DNA of 64,000 nt from Chitinophagales bacterium (GCA_046329575.1 JAXLUJ010000006.1:166121-230120); one strand, 5' to 3'. Counted from the stretch's first letter, positions 9,749 to 22,782 are shown. Program-made: numbers and translations. Notes: generated from the letters alone by a model not told the origin.

Positions 9749-10168
9749 ATGAAAAAAATCCTCCCGCTACTCTTGGTATGCACATTGTTTTCCTGCAGAA
9801 AAGATCTACGCTCCAAAACCTATACCCTGCGTGGTTATAACCACTCCGGCGCCACCGGAACCGTTAAGTTTCTCGAAACCTCAGATAAAAATTTTACTAC
9901 CGTATACCTTGAAGCGCATGGCCTTCGCCTCGATACGCTTTACCGCGGCCACCTCCATACCGGCGTTCCGGGAAACCTCACCGGAACACTCCTTTACTTT
10001 GATGCGTTGCGTACGCACACGGGTTCACTCACCTACACCATAAACTGGAATGAAACTTATGATAATGCCATCAACAGCAATACCTGCGTGACCCTTCATA
10101 ATCCTGATTTCTTTTCGAATGATACGGTTGGATATGCGCTGGCCGGCGGCACCGGGAAAAATGAATAA
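9749..10168 (+). CDS. Lipoprotein, possibly CHRD-like
   Basis: Lipobox LLLVCTLFSC. The motif GHLHTGVPGN resembles the CHRD HIH.G motif, but this is a weak match. Confidence 0.6.
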   Translation: MKKILPLLLVCTLFSCRKDLRSKTYTLRGYNHSGATGTVKFLETSDKNFTTVYLEAHGLRLDTLYRGHLHTGVPGNLTGTLLYFDALRTHTGSLTYTINWNETYDNAINSNTCVTLHNPDFFSNDTVGYALAGGTGKNE

Positions 10169-10171
10169 ACC

Positions 10172-11203
10172 CTACTCTTTTATCGGAACAACAGCTCTGC
10201 CCGAAACGCCAACATAATCGGCAAATATGCCTGCCGATAAAAATTTATGATAATTTCCAATTCCCTGAGTGGCATGTAAAATGCCTCGATTTGCAGGTAC
10301 GTAAGCCACCAACTCGCCCGTAGCAGCATTCATTACAAAATGCTCGTAAGTTAAGCGATAAGCCTCACCGGTACTTACTATGGCCGGCGTAATCTCGATA
10401 TAGCAAATATTACTTTTACTGAAAATAGAATTCACTAGCGTATTATAACTTACCACCTCAAATGAATCAGCATAAAAACTCTTGACGTCCTCGGGTTGTA
10501 AACCTGACTGATATAAAAGATCGGATTTAATCATCAATACCGAATGAAATAGCGAACCCTTACTGAATTTTGCCAAATCAAGTGTAGAAAGTTCATATCC
10601 ATGCTCTAACGATTGCATTAACGAAAGCTGCATAAACTGAACTGCAAAAGCTATATCTTCTTTCAAAGGCCATAAATTCGCAATAGTTCGTTGAGCCAGA
10701 TGTTCACTGCTCCCAAACTTCGAGCATCGATCTAAACAAAACCCTGTGAAATATTCAAAATAGTCTCTCTTTTCATTGATTTTGTATAGATCGGGGAAGA
10801 AGTTTAATCCCTTTCGCTCCATTTTTTCAAAATAAGCCTGGTTATTTGGGAAATTGCCTGAATACAGTAAGAGGTAATCTTCGGAATGATTCCGGATCAG
10901 TGGCTCCACTTCAGCCCAAGTTTTGTATTCCACTTTTTGATTAAAAACCCAAAAGGAATCCACCACCTGACGAATACTTCGATTATAATTATCAATCGAT
11001 TTCAAATAAGCTTCCTGAGTAGCAGCGGTCCACTTTTTGGGTATATCCCGGCGTGGACTTTCCAAAATCACAATCAGTGTTTGCTTGCGGTAGCGTTCCA
11101 TTTTTTCTTTAAATGAACCAGCAAACAAAGCATCTACTGCCGAACACATTGCGAGCAATAAACAGCATACTCGAATCATACCGATCTGTTTTTTAAAATG
11201 CAC
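10172..11203 (-). CDS. Hypothetical secreted protein
   Basis: 343-aa ORF with an N-terminal hydrophobic signal (IRVCCLLLAMCSAVDALFA). I recognise no family. Confidence 0.7.
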   Translation of the reverse strand: MHFKKQIGMIRVCCLLLAMCSAVDALFAGSFKEKMERYRKQTLIVILESPRRDIPKKWTAATQEAYLKSIDNYNRSIRQVVDSFWVFNQKVEYKTWAEVEPLIRNHSEDYLLLYSGNFPNNQAYFEKMERKGLNFFPDLYKINEKRDYFEYFTGFCLDRCSKFGSSEHLAQRTIANLWPLKEDIAFAVQFMQLSLMQSLEHGYELSTLDLAKFSKGSLFHSVLMIKSDLLYQSGLQPEDVKSFYADSFEVVSYNTLVNSIFSKSNICYIEITPAIVSTGEAYRLTYEHFVMNAATGELVAYVPANRGILHATQGIGNYHKFLSAGIFADYVGVSGRAVVPIKE

Positions 11204-11608
11204 TTACTTCAAATAATTTTTCCTAATCCGATAAACCGGCCCCGGACATTCTTCCATATGACAGGTGATGCAACTCTTCACCACTATATTGTACTGTGCT
11301 CGCCGGGCCGTATCGCTTTCCGTTTTTTCATACGCATCCAACTCCTTGTAAAACGTGCCAATGTACGCCTCGTGAGCGTCAGACAAATGTTTGGTTTCCG
11401 TTGCTTTCGCCTTTAAGAATTTGGCCTGCTTCACCGGAAATTTCGCCTGCGGCTTGCCTTCTTTCAACCGTACATTTTCTTTCTCCAAATACCACTCCAT
11501 CTTCTGCATCAATTTACTCATCTCGCTTTCGCCTTCGGCCGGCAGGGCTGCAGCTATCAATCCCAACGCCATGATGGCCCAAATTAGTAGCAATACTTTC
11601 GTTTTCAT
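11204..11608 (-). CDS. Class II-type c cytochrome (single C-terminal CxxCH)
   Basis: I re-called the start to MKTKVLLLIWAIMALGLIAA (ATG at 11608). The heme motif CITCH lies about 20 aa from the C-terminus of a ~134-aa helical protein. Confidence 0.65.
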   Translation of the reverse strand: MKTKVLLLIWAIMALGLIAAALPAEGESEMSKLMQKMEWYLEKENVRLKEGKPQAKFPVKQAKFLKAKATETKHLSDAHEAYIGTFYKELDAYEKTESDTARRAQYNIVVKSCITCHMEECPGPVYRIRKNYLK

Positions 11609-11720
11609 GCTGCAAATTAAGCAGTTCCCCAATCGCCCGAAAGCGAAAATTCTGTTAAACAGCCGCCCTTTGCTTTCTTACATAGCGAAAATTCGCTCCA
11701 TTCGTTTTTTCTTTGTATTC

Positions 11721-12677
11721 ATGAAAACACTATTGCGCATCCTGATGGTACTGTTGTTGCTGCCTTGCCTGGTAGCAGCGGGCTTTGTTTACTTGCGGCC
11801 CAATCGCATAGTTTCCAAAAGCGAAGCTATTCAGAAAATTGCCGTTCCAACCTCACACTTTACCATCTGGCGGGGCGCGTCAGTGCACTACACCGATGAA
11901 GGCTCGGGAATTCCGGTGCTGATGATCCATGGCCTTGGCGGTTCCTTCCATAATTTTGATAAACTGAATGCCTTGTTGCCCAAAGATAAATACCGCTGCA
12001 TACGCGTGGATCTTCCGGGTTTTGGATTATCGGATTTTCCAAAAGTGACGGAAGGCGAGAACTACGTAAACGACTATCGCGATTACCTCAATTTTATGAT
12101 TGATGAGTTGCATCTCGATTCGGTTTATGTGATCGGAAATTCAATGGGCGGCGGTATCGGCTGGCTGATGGCGGGCGATCATCCCGATAAAGTAAAACGA
12201 TTGGTATTATTGGGCGCAGCAGGCTATGATACGAAAGAAGTAGCCCATAAACTCTGGATGTTTAAATACAGCGGGCTCGACAAACTTTTCGAACGCGGCG
12301 CACCGCTTTTCTTTTCCCGCCACAATGCCGAAATGTGTTTTTGTGATAAAAGCAAGATCAGTCAGCAGGCGGTTTTTATGAATAATATTTCTACCAATAA
12401 AGAAGGAAACATTCCGTTTCTTTTTCAATTGGCGCGCGCCAATAACTTTCCCGATAGCGCACTGATTCAGCGCGTGGCTTGCCCTACGCTTATCATCTGG
12501 GGCAGGCAAGACCGTATTGTTCCTGTTGAACATGCCGAACGCTTTCATCGCGATATCAAAAACAGCAGCGTGTTATATTTCGATAGCTGCGGTCATGTTC
12601 CTATGATTGAAAAATCAACTGAAACGGCTGCGGCAGTTACCCGTTTTTTTGAAAAGAAACGGAATGCTGACAACTGA
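11721..12677 (+). CDS. Alpha/beta-fold hydrolase
   Basis: I re-called the start to MKTLLRILMVLLLLPCL (ATG at 11721). It has the HGLGGS oxyanion region and the nucleophile elbow GNSMGG, with CGHVPMIE near the C-terminus. Confidence 0.8.
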   Translation: MKTLLRILMVLLLLPCLVAAGFVYLRPNRIVSKSEAIQKIAVPTSHFTIWRGASVHYTDEGSGIPVLMIHGLGGSFHNFDKLNALLPKDKYRCIRVDLPGFGLSDFPKVTEGENYVNDYRDYLNFMIDELHLDSVYVIGNSMGGGIGWLMAGDHPDKVKRLVLLGAAGYDTKEVAHKLWMFKYSGLDKLFERGAPLFFSRHNAEMCFCDKSKISQQAVFMNNISTNKEGNIPFLFQLARANNFPDSALIQRVACPTLIIWGRQDRIVPVEHAERFHRDIKNSSVLYFDSCGHVPMIEKSTETAAAVTRFFEKKRNADN

Positions 12678-12748
12678 TACCCCTTTTGCTGATTTCTGAA
12701 TCTACCTTCTATACAATTTCAGCGCTTAAAAATTCGTTCTTTTACGGT

Positions 12749-13756
12749 ATGAAACAATTGGCAGTTTGCTGTTTGCTGCTTCTGGCACTGGCTAGCGAGG
12801 CTCAAAAAAACCCGGGCAATTTCCGCAAACCCGCGCCATCAGCGCTTTCCCAGCTGCCGGCTACCCCTCAACTATCGCGTAACAACCTAATCGCCATCAA
12901 AAAAATGGAAGACAGTCTTACCCAACTGGCGAATATTATTATGCTGGATACGGTAGATCTCAACAACCGCAAACTGGCATGTTATCAGTTTATTCCTAAA
13001 CTGATTCGTGCGCTGAAATTTGATAACTCTTTTTATTACCCTTTCGATTCACTTTATAATGTATCCCGCATCTATCCGCCCGACAGCAGTTTCCGGCTGC
13101 TTACCTGGCAATTGCATTATCCCAAAGGTCATTTCCGCTATTATGGCATTCTGCAAATGAAATCGCAGAAAATGAAAATATTTCCTCTCAAAGACCTGCG
13201 CGATACGCTGCCTTTCCATACGCAGCAGGTACTCACTAATGAGAATTGGTACGGCCAAATTTACTACCGCATCATTGAGAAAACAGTAAACAAAAAAACC
13301 ATCTACACTTTATTCGGTTTCGAAGCGGCCGATTTTATTTCGAAAAGAAAAATTGTGGATGTGTTGACCTTCGACGAAAAAGGCAGTCCGCATTTTGGAG
13401 CGCCGCTCTTTCAATTTAATTATACCGACAGTTCGTTGCTGAAGATGAAAGATACGCTCAGCCGTTTCTTTATTGAGTATAAATGGAGCGCTATGCCTAC
13501 GTTAAATTACGATGATGCGCTCAACCTGATTGTTTACGATCATTTGGCGCCGCCTGATAAGCGCGCCAAAGGCGCCTACTTTACCTATGTGCAGGACGGC
13601 ACTTACGAAGGTTTTAAATGGACAGGCGATCACTGGCAGTGGGTTGAAAAAGTGTTCACCTTTTCGATTGACGAAGATGACAATCCGCCTATTCCGGCGC
13701 CGTTGTTTAGTACGCCAAAAAAACAACCCGTCCTTCCCGGCGAAGGCGGGAAGTAA
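12749..13756 (+). CDS. Hypothetical secreted protein
   Basis: I re-called the start to MKQLAVCCLLLLALASEAQ (ATG at 12749). I recognise no family. Confidence 0.7.
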   Translation: MKQLAVCCLLLLALASEAQKNPGNFRKPAPSALSQLPATPQLSRNNLIAIKKMEDSLTQLANIIMLDTVDLNNRKLACYQFIPKLIRALKFDNSFYYPFDSLYNVSRIYPPDSSFRLLTWQLHYPKGHFRYYGILQMKSQKMKIFPLKDLRDTLPFHTQQVLTNENWYGQIYYRIIEKTVNKKTIYTLFGFEAADFISKRKIVDVLTFDEKGSPHFGAPLFQFNYTDSSLLKMKDTLSRFFIEYKWSAMPTLNYDDALNLIVYDHLAPPDKRAKGAYFTYVQDGTYEGFKWTGDHWQWVEKVFTFSIDEDDNPPIPAPLFSTPKKQPVLPGEGGK

Positions 13757-13785
13757 CGGGCTGCATCATTTTTCTATCTAAAAAC

Positions 13786-14355
13786 TTAGGAAGCCTTGCG
13801 AGGGGTGGTGATCTTTTTAACCGCACCACTTGGTTTTGCCGTAGCCTTTGTTTTTGTAGCCGCCGTAGCCTTAGGTTTAGCTTCTTTCTTTGGCTTGTCT
13901 TCTTTGGCGGCTTTTTCCTTTTCCGGTTTTTCAGTGCCTTCAGCAGCCACTTCTTTCTTCTCGTCGGCAATCAATTCCTCAATCAAATTCTTGCCATTAA
14001 GGATATTGTACCAGCTCACCATCTTCTTGATATGACTTACATACACTTTTTCCTTATCGTAATCAGGAACTACTTTCCCAAAATAGGCTTTCAGTTCCTC
14101 ATCCGTCTTTAAATTAGTTGGAGCATCTTTTTTCTCCATTTTTTTCATGGCAGCGAAGATTTCTTTCAATTCGCGGTTGTCGCCGGTAGTGTAAACAGTA
14201 ATATTGTCCAGCGTGCTGAACAAATGCTGACGGCCTGAAACAAATTTGGTTTGGCCATCTACTAATGAGGTAACAATCAAGCCATCGTTGCGCTTGGCGC
14301 CTGCCTTGTAAAGCCCCGGCAATCCGGTAATTGAAACTACTTCTGAAAGCGTCAT
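13786..14355 (-). CDS. DUF5606-family protein with Lys/Ala/Pro-rich (histone H1-like) C-terminal tail
   Basis: I re-called the start to MTLSEVVSITGLPGLYKAGAK (ATG at 14355). The N-terminal pattern is typical of Bacteroidota DUF5606. The tail reads KPEKEKAAKEDKPKKEAKPKATAATKTKATAKP. Confidence 0.7.
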   Translation of the reverse strand: MTLSEVVSITGLPGLYKAGAKRNDGLIVTSLVDGQTKFVSGRQHLFSTLDNITVYTTGDNRELKEIFAAMKKMEKKDAPTNLKTDEELKAYFGKVVPDYDKEKVYVSHIKKMVSWYNILNGKNLIEELIADEKKEVAAEGTEKPEKEKAAKEDKPKKEAKPKATAATKTKATAKPSGAVKKITTPRKAS

Positions 14356-14456
14356 ATCGAAATTATTTCCGGCGAAAATAGAAAATCGTGGTTGGGCTGC
14401 AAGAAAAAAAGGGCGTCCCGTGAAGGACGCCCATAAACCCAACTACCCTTAAAAAT

Positions 14457-14804
14457 TTATGATGCTTTCTTTACAATCTTGCCGATCTTCAATTTGGCCA
14501 GAAACGTTTCTTGTTCCAACCTTCTAATCCGTTCACGGAATTTGTTGGTTTGCAATACATCTTCCTGTTCAATTGCTTCTTCCTTTCCCTTATATTTTTC
14601 AAATAAGAAGCGCTGCGCCTGATCCAGATCAGTAATCAGAATTTCCAACCGGTTCCGCATTTCTACCAACAACATTTTTGATTCGTGGAAAAAAGCGGCC
14701 TCAGGCGCCAGAATGTCCAGTTCCTTCTCATAGTTCTTCACCATATCCTTCCACATCAGGAAACGGTCGAAAAACCGCCCTCCGTTAAAACTTACCGTAG
14801 TCAT
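14457..14804 (-). CDS. Hypothetical coiled-coil protein
   Basis: The start is placed at the internal MTTVSF by arithmetic from the ORF track. The sequence is heptad-like and charged. Confidence 0.5.
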   Translation of the reverse strand: MTTVSFNGGRFFDRFLMWKDMVKNYEKELDILAPEAAFFHESKMLLVEMRNRLEILITDLDQAQRFLFEKYKGKEEAIEQEDVLQTNKFRERIRRLEQETFLAKLKIGKIVKKAS

Positions 14805-14817
14805 AAAACTTCCTTCT

Positions 14818-15177
14818 TTACAAAAACAACAAACTTCCTGCATTGAGTTTAATCAACAGCAGCGCCTGTTCAGCAGCAGCCGTCATTTTTTTAATGTTTA
14901 AAATCAATCCGGGGTGGTTAAGTGAGGAGGTTTCTGAAATGCGTTTCCTGAAAACCCGCAACTGGGTTTGCAATACGGTCAATTTATTTCGTTCCGTCAG
15001 CACCTGCGCCTCTACATATTCAACCTGTTGATAGGTGCCGGTTTCGAACGACTTTAATTTGGCGGAACGCAGTTCTGTACGAAGATGATCCAACTCGCTT
15101 AACAGTTGCGTCACCCTCCGATCGGCCTTCCCTAAACGGCGAAATAAATGCGATTCACGAAAAGTTTGCGCTTTCAT
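14818..15177 (-). CDS. Hypothetical coiled-coil protein
   Basis: 119-aa ORF directly upstream of and co-directional with 14457-14804. Confidence 0.5.
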   Translation of the reverse strand: MKAQTFRESHLFRRLGKADRRVTQLLSELDHLRTELRSAKLKSFETGTYQQVEYVEAQVLTERNKLTVLQTQLRVFRKRISETSSLNHPGLILNIKKMTAAAEQALLLIKLNAGSLLFL

Positions 15178-15287
15178 ATCCTCTCCTTTTACAACTAACG
15201 TATAAAATGATGTGCCAGTTTGTAAAAACGTTGGACGATTAACAAATCCTTAGAGATTTGACAGTATAATGACAAATGAAAAAGAAG

Positions 15288-17092
15288 CTATCCGGTCCCT
15301 TCTGTAAATGCCTTTAACACCAGCGCCGCCTTAGATTTGCCAACTACAGCGGCAATTTCTTCCTCTGAAGCAGCCTTTAACTTCTTAATACTTTTAAAGT
15401 GCTGCAATAAACTTTCAAAAGTTTTTTCGCCAACACCCTTGATTTGGGTAAGTTCAGAAGTGGTGAAATTTCGGCTGCGCTTGTTGCGATGCGCCGTAAT
15501 GCCAAAGCGGTGCGCTTCATCGCGCAATTGCTGAATCAACTTCAAACTTTCCGATTTCTTATTAATGTAGATCGGAATGGTATCGCCCGGGAAATAGATT
15601 TCTTCCAGGCGTTTCGCAATACCTATCACCGGAATTTTGCCATAAATACCCAGCTTTTCTAAACTTTTCACGGCTGCGCTTAATTGTCCTTTTCCCCCGT
15701 CGATGATTACCAGATTCGGTAATGGCTCGCCTTCTTCCAGCATTCGCCGGTATCTTCTAAACACGGCTTCTTCCATAGTGGCGAAGTCGTCAGGACCTTC
15801 CACTGTTTTTACATTGAAGAACCGATAATCTTTTTTCGAAGGTTTGGCATCGCGAAAAACCACTATAGAAGAAACGGCATTCGTTCCCTGAAAGTTCGAG
15901 TTATCGAAACATTCGATATGGCGGGGCAGGTCTTGCAATTTCAAGTCGTCTTTTAACGTACGCATAATTCGGAATGCGGGCTTTTTTTCTTCAGCCGTCA
16001 TGCTCTGATTGATGCGTTCTTGTTTCATGTAGAGCGAATTTTTGGTTGCCAGATCTACCAGCTTTTTTTTATCACCCAATTGCGGAACCGTAATGGCCAC
16101 ATTTTCGAATTCCATATCCACTTCGAAAGGCAACAAAAATTCTTTGCTTACTTTTTCGTGGGCAAAACTCATTTCGCTGATGGCCATGGTCAGCAATTCT
16201 TCCCGGCTTTCGTTCAGCACTCTGCGGATTTCCGAAGAACGCACCTGAACGATAGTGCCATTCGCAATACGCATGTAGTTGATAAACGCAAAGCCTTCGG
16301 TTTCAGCATAACCATAAACATCTACTTCATTCAGCCGTGGATTTACGATGGTGCTTTTGCTTTGATAGCGCTCCAGCGTTTCTATTTTTTCTTTAAACTC
16401 ATTCGCCTTTTCAAACTCCAGATTTTCAGCAAAGGCATTCATTTTTTTGGTGAGATAATTCAATACCGTATTGAAATTACTTTTCAGAATTTCCCGAATA
16501 TTCTGAATGCTTTCGTTGTATTCTTCTTCGCTTTGAAGCGCTTCGCAAGGCCCTAAACAATTTTTCAGATGGTATTCCAGACACACTTTGAACTTGTGCG
16601 CTTCAATATTTTTCTCGGTTAATGCCAAACTGCAATTGCGGATGGGGAAAATGGAAATCAGCATTTGCAAAATAGTTCGCACCTGCATTACCGAAGTGTA
16701 AGGACCCAGATATTCCGAACCATCCCGGATGTATTGTCGGGTAAGAAATACGCGCGGAAAGCGTTCCTTTTTGATAACGATGTAAGGATACGTTTTATCG
16801 TCGCGCAGGCTCACATTATACCGCGGCTGATGTTGTTTAATCAAACTATTTTCAAGCAACAGCGCATCCTGTTCGGTTTCTACGATGGTGAATTCCAGTC
16901 TTTCGATGGAATGCACCATCAGCCGGATGCGATTGGTATGGTCGTTCTTTGTAAAATAGCTAGACACGCGTTTGCGAAGGTCCTTAGCCTTACCGATATA
17001 AATAATTTGCCCTTCGGCATTGAAATACCGATACACACCGGGCTGATTGGGAATGGTGTCGCGATAGCGGGCTACAAATTCATCGTAATTCA

Positions 17093-17093
<1 letters not shown>
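15288..17093 (-). CDS. uvrC: Excinuclease ABC subunit C
   Basis: GIY-YIG N-terminus (GVYRYFNAEGQIIYIGKAKDLRKRV), a UvrBC-interaction region, and a C-terminal endonuclease with (HhH)2. Confidence 0.95.
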
Positions 17094-19210
<2,117 letters not shown>

Positions 19211-19410
19211 TTAAGGTTTCCCGATTTTTATCATTTTCCGGCAAGAAGTTTTAAAACGAGGCCGGCCCTGTGCGATCAGGTCAGCGCCTTGTTTTTCACA
19301 ATGAAAATGGCCCGTTTTAACTGCGTTTACTTTGGCCACAAAATCACAAAGATTTGTTAAACATTAGCTAAAAATACTATTTGGCCAATTGCCCGACACA
19401 AAAAAGGCAC

Positions 19411-19418
19411 TACATTTG
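19411..19418 (+). promoter_or_regulatory. Candidate Bacteroidota -7 promoter box (TAnnTTTG)
   Basis: TACATTTG lies 43 nt upstream of the 19461 ATG. Confidence 0.35.
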
Positions 19419-19460
19419 TCAGGTATCAAATCGTAATCAAATTATCAAACAAAATTTACA

Positions 19461-20018
19461 ATGAAAATGAAAAAGTTCTTTCTGATGATGGCTATGGGTG
19501 CTTCTCTGTTCACCTTTGCTCAAACTCCGGCCACAGCTACAACACCGGCTCCGGATCCTAATGCTCCTGAAATTAAGTGGGAAAACATGACGATCGACTA
19601 CGGCAAAGTGAAAAAAGGCGACGAGAACAACTCTACCCGCTACTTCAAATTCACTAACGTAGGTAAAACGCCGCTGATCATTTCTTCTTGTCATGGTTCT
19701 TGCGGTTGTACGGTGCCTCAGTGTCCAACTGAGCCCATCCTTCCAGGCAAACAAGGTGAAATCAAAGTTCATTACGACATTAACCGTTTGGGTAACTTCA
19801 CTAAAACTGTTAGCGTTTCTTCAAATGCAAAAAACAATAACGAAACGTTGAAAATTACCGGTGAGGTATTTGAAGAAGCTGCTGCTCCGGCACCGGCTCC
19901 TGCAACACCAATGGTAACGCCAACTTCAGCTCCTGCTGAGAAAAAAGCAGAGCCTTCAAAACCAGTTGAAAAGAAAGGCACTAAACAAGCTTCTGAGAAA
20001 AAACCGGCAGGCAAATAA
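19461..20018 (+). CDS. DUF1573 domain protein with Ala/Pro/Lys-rich tail
   Basis: Signal peptide. The core motif is F.FTNVGKTPLIISSCHGSCGCTVPQCPTEPILPGKQGEIKV. Confidence 0.8.
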   Translation: MKMKKFFLMMAMGASLFTFAQTPATATTPAPDPNAPEIKWENMTIDYGKVKKGDENNSTRYFKFTNVGKTPLIISSCHGSCGCTVPQCPTEPILPGKQGEIKVHYDINRLGNFTKTVSVSSNAKNNNETLKITGEVFEEAAAPAPAPATPMVTPTSAPAEKKAEPSKPVEKKGTKQASEKKPAGK

Positions 20019-20041
20019 TTATCCGGTTTCATAACATTTCA

Positions 20042-20073
20042 AACGGGTTCCCAACGGAACCCGTTTTTGTTTT
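20042..20073 (+). terminator. Rho-independent terminator
   Basis: 10-bp perfect stem AACGGGTTCC / GGAACCCGTT with loop CAAC, followed by TTTGTTTT. Confidence 0.8.
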
Positions 20074-20087
20074 CGTACTTTTACAAA

Positions 20088-21137
20088 GTGGAAAAACGGA
20101 CCGACATACGAAAACTGAATCGCGATCAATTAGCGGCGGCCTTTAAGGAACTGAACGAGCCAGCCTTCCGCGCCAGGCAAGTGTACGACTGGCTTTGGAA
20201 CAAATCGGCGCGCAGTTTCGATGAAATGACCAATCTGTCGAAATCGTTACGCGAAAAGCTGCAACAGCAATTTGATTTTTATGCGGTTGAAGAAAGTATT
20301 CTTCAGAAAAGCAAGGATGGCACGCTGAAGCTAGGCATGAAATTAAGCGACCACCGATTGGTGGAAGGTGTGATGATTCCCGATGAAGACCGGAACACCG
20401 CCTGCGTTTCGTCGCAGGTAGGTTGTTCGCTGAGCTGCACCTTTTGCGCCACCGGCTTTTTGAAACGCGAACGCAATCTCGATTTTGGTGAAATTTACGA
20501 TCAGGTGGTTTTGCTCAACAACCGAGCAAAAGAAACCACAGGCCGCGGCCTTACCAATATTGTGTATATGGGCATGGGCGAGCCTTTGCTGAATTACGAC
20601 AATGTGATGCAAAGTATCAAACTGATTACGTCACCGGAAGGTTTGGGAATGGCGCAGAAACGGATTACGGTTTCTACTTCGGGCATTTCCAGAGGTATTC
20701 GCCGCTTAGCCGATGAAGACATGAACTTTAATTTGGCACTGTCGTTACACGCGGCTACCAACGAGAAACGCAATGAGATTATGGACATCAACCGCAGCAA
20801 TCCGCTGGAAGAAGTGATGGAAGCGCTGCTGTACTTTAATGAAAAGACCGGCAACAAAATCACGTTTGAATATATTTTGTTCGACCGGTTCAATGACCGT
20901 ATTGATGATGCGGAGCATTTGGTGAAGCTGGTGAAAAAAGTACCGGCCTTTGTAAATCTTATTGAATACAACAATGTAGAAGGGGTTACGCTGAAACGCG
21001 CCAAACCTGAGCGGCGCGATGCCTTTTTAAGGCATTTGCACCTCAATGGCATTAGCGCTGCGGTGCGCCGAAGCCGCGGCAAAGACATTGATGCTGCATG
21101 TGGGCAGTTAGCGAATAAAGCCGGAGAAAAGAACTGA
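20088..21137 (+). CDS. rlmN: 23S rRNA/tRNA A2503/A37 C2-methyltransferase (radical SAM)
   Basis: CSLSCTFCATG radical-SAM cluster and the MGMGEPL motif. I moved the start to the GTG at 20088 because the track start at 20067 lies inside the upstream terminator. The exact start is uncertain. Confidence 0.9.
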   Translation: MEKRTDIRKLNRDQLAAAFKELNEPAFRARQVYDWLWNKSARSFDEMTNLSKSLREKLQQQFDFYAVEESILQKSKDGTLKLGMKLSDHRLVEGVMIPDEDRNTACVSSQVGCSLSCTFCATGFLKRERNLDFGEIYDQVVLLNNRAKETTGRGLTNIVYMGMGEPLLNYDNVMQSIKLITSPEGLGMAQKRITVSTSGISRGIRRLADEDMNFNLALSLHAATNEKRNEIMDINRSNPLEEVMEALLYFNEKTGNKITFEYILFDRFNDRIDDAEHLVKLVKKVPAFVNLIEYNNVEGVTLKRAKPERRDAFLRHLHLNGISAAVRRSRGKDIDAACGQLANKAGEKN

Positions 21138-21160
21138 AAGTTGAAAGTTTATAGCTGAGT

Positions 21161-21244
21161 TGCGTGAGCGGGCGCAGTGAAAAGCCCGCAAGCGAGCGAG
21201 GAACGAGCGAGTGCGGACTTGTAACGAAGCACGCGACCCCGGGC
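21161..21244. repeat. GC-rich interspersed element copy, flanked by short GAAAGTT-type heptamer arms (21137-21160 and 21247-21270)
   Basis: Hairpin GCGGGC-(10 nt)-GCCCGC at 21068+100 offset, i.e. 21168-21189. GAGGAACGA and GTAACGAAGCAC are shared with other copies. Confidence 0.55.
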
Positions 21245-21338
21245 AATTACTTTTAATTTGAATATTAGTTACGGCCAAAAGCCCGGGGGCACGCCATAAA
21301 AAATAAATTTCGCAAAATTGCTTTTAGAATAAGGCGGT

Positions 21339-22274
21339 TCACTTCTTTTCGATTTTCTTCTTAATCTTTAACCGAAGTTCATCGTATTCTTCGTTATAGC
21401 GTTCGCTGCGCAGATACAGATAAAAAGAAAAAATGGAAAGTCCGTTGAACAAATGCCATAAACTGTGCGGACTGATCCAGGCATTGGGATCGCACATCAG
21501 TTTTTTGATGTCGAATTCGAAGAAAATACCGGCCAACAGAATACAACAAATGGTAGCCATCAGGTAATCTTTATTGGTTTGGCCCGGGTCGCGGCGTTCC
21601 AGATAGAATCCGAAGCCGATAATAAAGAAGATGATGCCGGCCACAATCAGATGTACCTGATGCATGGGAATTACAAAGGTGAGCAATATGTAGAGCGAAC
21701 CAAATACGGAAATCATGATAATGCGTTCGTTCCAGTGTTTTACATTGGTAGGTTTACCCCGAAGCACCAGGGTAAGGCGATGGGTGAGGTACATTAACGG
21801 AAATAGCGTGATGCTGTACACTGCCGAAAAATCCATTTTAGAAGCCGAGAGCGCCAGTGAGGAATGAAAGAACGAACTGCTGATGAACACATACAGCATA
21901 ATGATGGAATACACAAAAGAATAGAAGTGATTTGCGGTAATGAGATTGTAGTTGCGGTTGCGCTTTTTATCTTCTAACCCTTTGCTGAACGAATAAATAC
22001 AGAGCACCAGATAAATGAAGTTGGTGAAGGTGTTCATAGGCTGCCTGATCACCCGGTTCATATCGGTATATTCGCAAAACCAATGGCCGATATTGGCTTC
22101 GGTGACCCAATTATCCCAAATGTGGCTGGGATAGAAGATATTGTTGATAATGGTTATCAGCGTTCCGAAAATGACGGTGGCTACGAATGAAATCAGAATC
22201 CGCTGGCGGTAAGCTTCCCAGAAATAGTGGCGGAGAAAGGCAAGGTGGCGACGCAAACGGTAGCGAACTGTCAT
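21339..22274 (-). CDS. Ceramidase-family (alkaline phytoceramidase-like) integral membrane protein
   Basis: I re-called the start to MTVRYRL (ATG at 22274). It is multi-TM, with WFCEYTD...QPMNTFTNFIYL and a C-terminal SLWHLF motif. Confidence 0.6.
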   Translation of the reverse strand: MTVRYRLRRHLAFLRHYFWEAYRQRILISFVATVIFGTLITIINNIFYPSHIWDNWVTEANIGHWFCEYTDMNRVIRQPMNTFTNFIYLVLCIYSFSKGLEDKKRNRNYNLITANHFYSFVYSIIMLYVFISSSFFHSSLALSASKMDFSAVYSITLFPLMYLTHRLTLVLRGKPTNVKHWNERIIMISVFGSLYILLTFVIPMHQVHLIVAGIIFFIIGFGFYLERRDPGQTNKDYLMATICCILLAGIFFEFDIKKLMCDPNAWISPHSLWHLFNGLSIFSFYLYLRSERYNEEYDELRLKIKKKIEKK

Positions 22275-22353
22275 GGCTGTAATTAGCAAGGTGAAAATAG
22301 CAGTAATAAAAATTAAGAAACAAGTTTCGGGCAGCTTGTTACATTTGCCGCCT

Positions 22354-22782
22354 ATGAAAAAACTTTTTGTGTTAGCGCTTCTGTGCGGAGTAATGCTCAC
22401 AGCCTGCCGCAAAAAAGGCAATCCCAATGCCGGATTACCTGCTTCTATTTTAAAAGATACCACCACCATTCAGTTTGAGGAAACCGAATACAATTTCGAT
22501 ACCATCAAACAAGGTGAGAAGGTGACGCACATTTTTAAAGTAAAAAACACCGGCGAGCGCGACCTGATTATTGCCAATGCAGTAGGTTCGTGCGGCTGCA
22601 CGGTTCCTGAATATCCTAAAGAACCGGTGGCCAAAGGCGCTACGGCCGAAATTAAAGTTACGTTCAATTCGGAAGGCAAAAGCGGCGAACAACACAAATC
22701 GGTAACGCTTCAGGTGAATACCGCACGCCATAACGAAATGATTTTCCTTAATGGTTTTGTAAACGCTCCAAAAGAAGACTAA
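22354..22782 (+). CDS. DUF1573 lipoprotein
   Basis: I re-called the start to MKKLFVLALLCGVMLTAC (ATG at 22354). Core motif F.VKNTGERDLIIANAVGSCGCTVPEYPKEPV. Confidence 0.8.
   Translation: MKKLFVLALLCGVMLTACRKKGNPNAGLPASILKDTTTIQFEETEYNFDTIKQGEKVTHIFKVKNTGERDLIIANAVGSCGCTVPEYPKEPVAKGATAEIKVTFNSEGKSGEQHKSVTLQVNTARHNEMIFLNGFVNAPKED

Noticed and set aside
9202-9752. Track ORFs overlapping the tRNA-Pro and tRNA-Ser genes (9202-9510, 9291-9524, 9555-9752).
   Set aside because: The region is fully explained by two well-folding tRNAs and a terminator.
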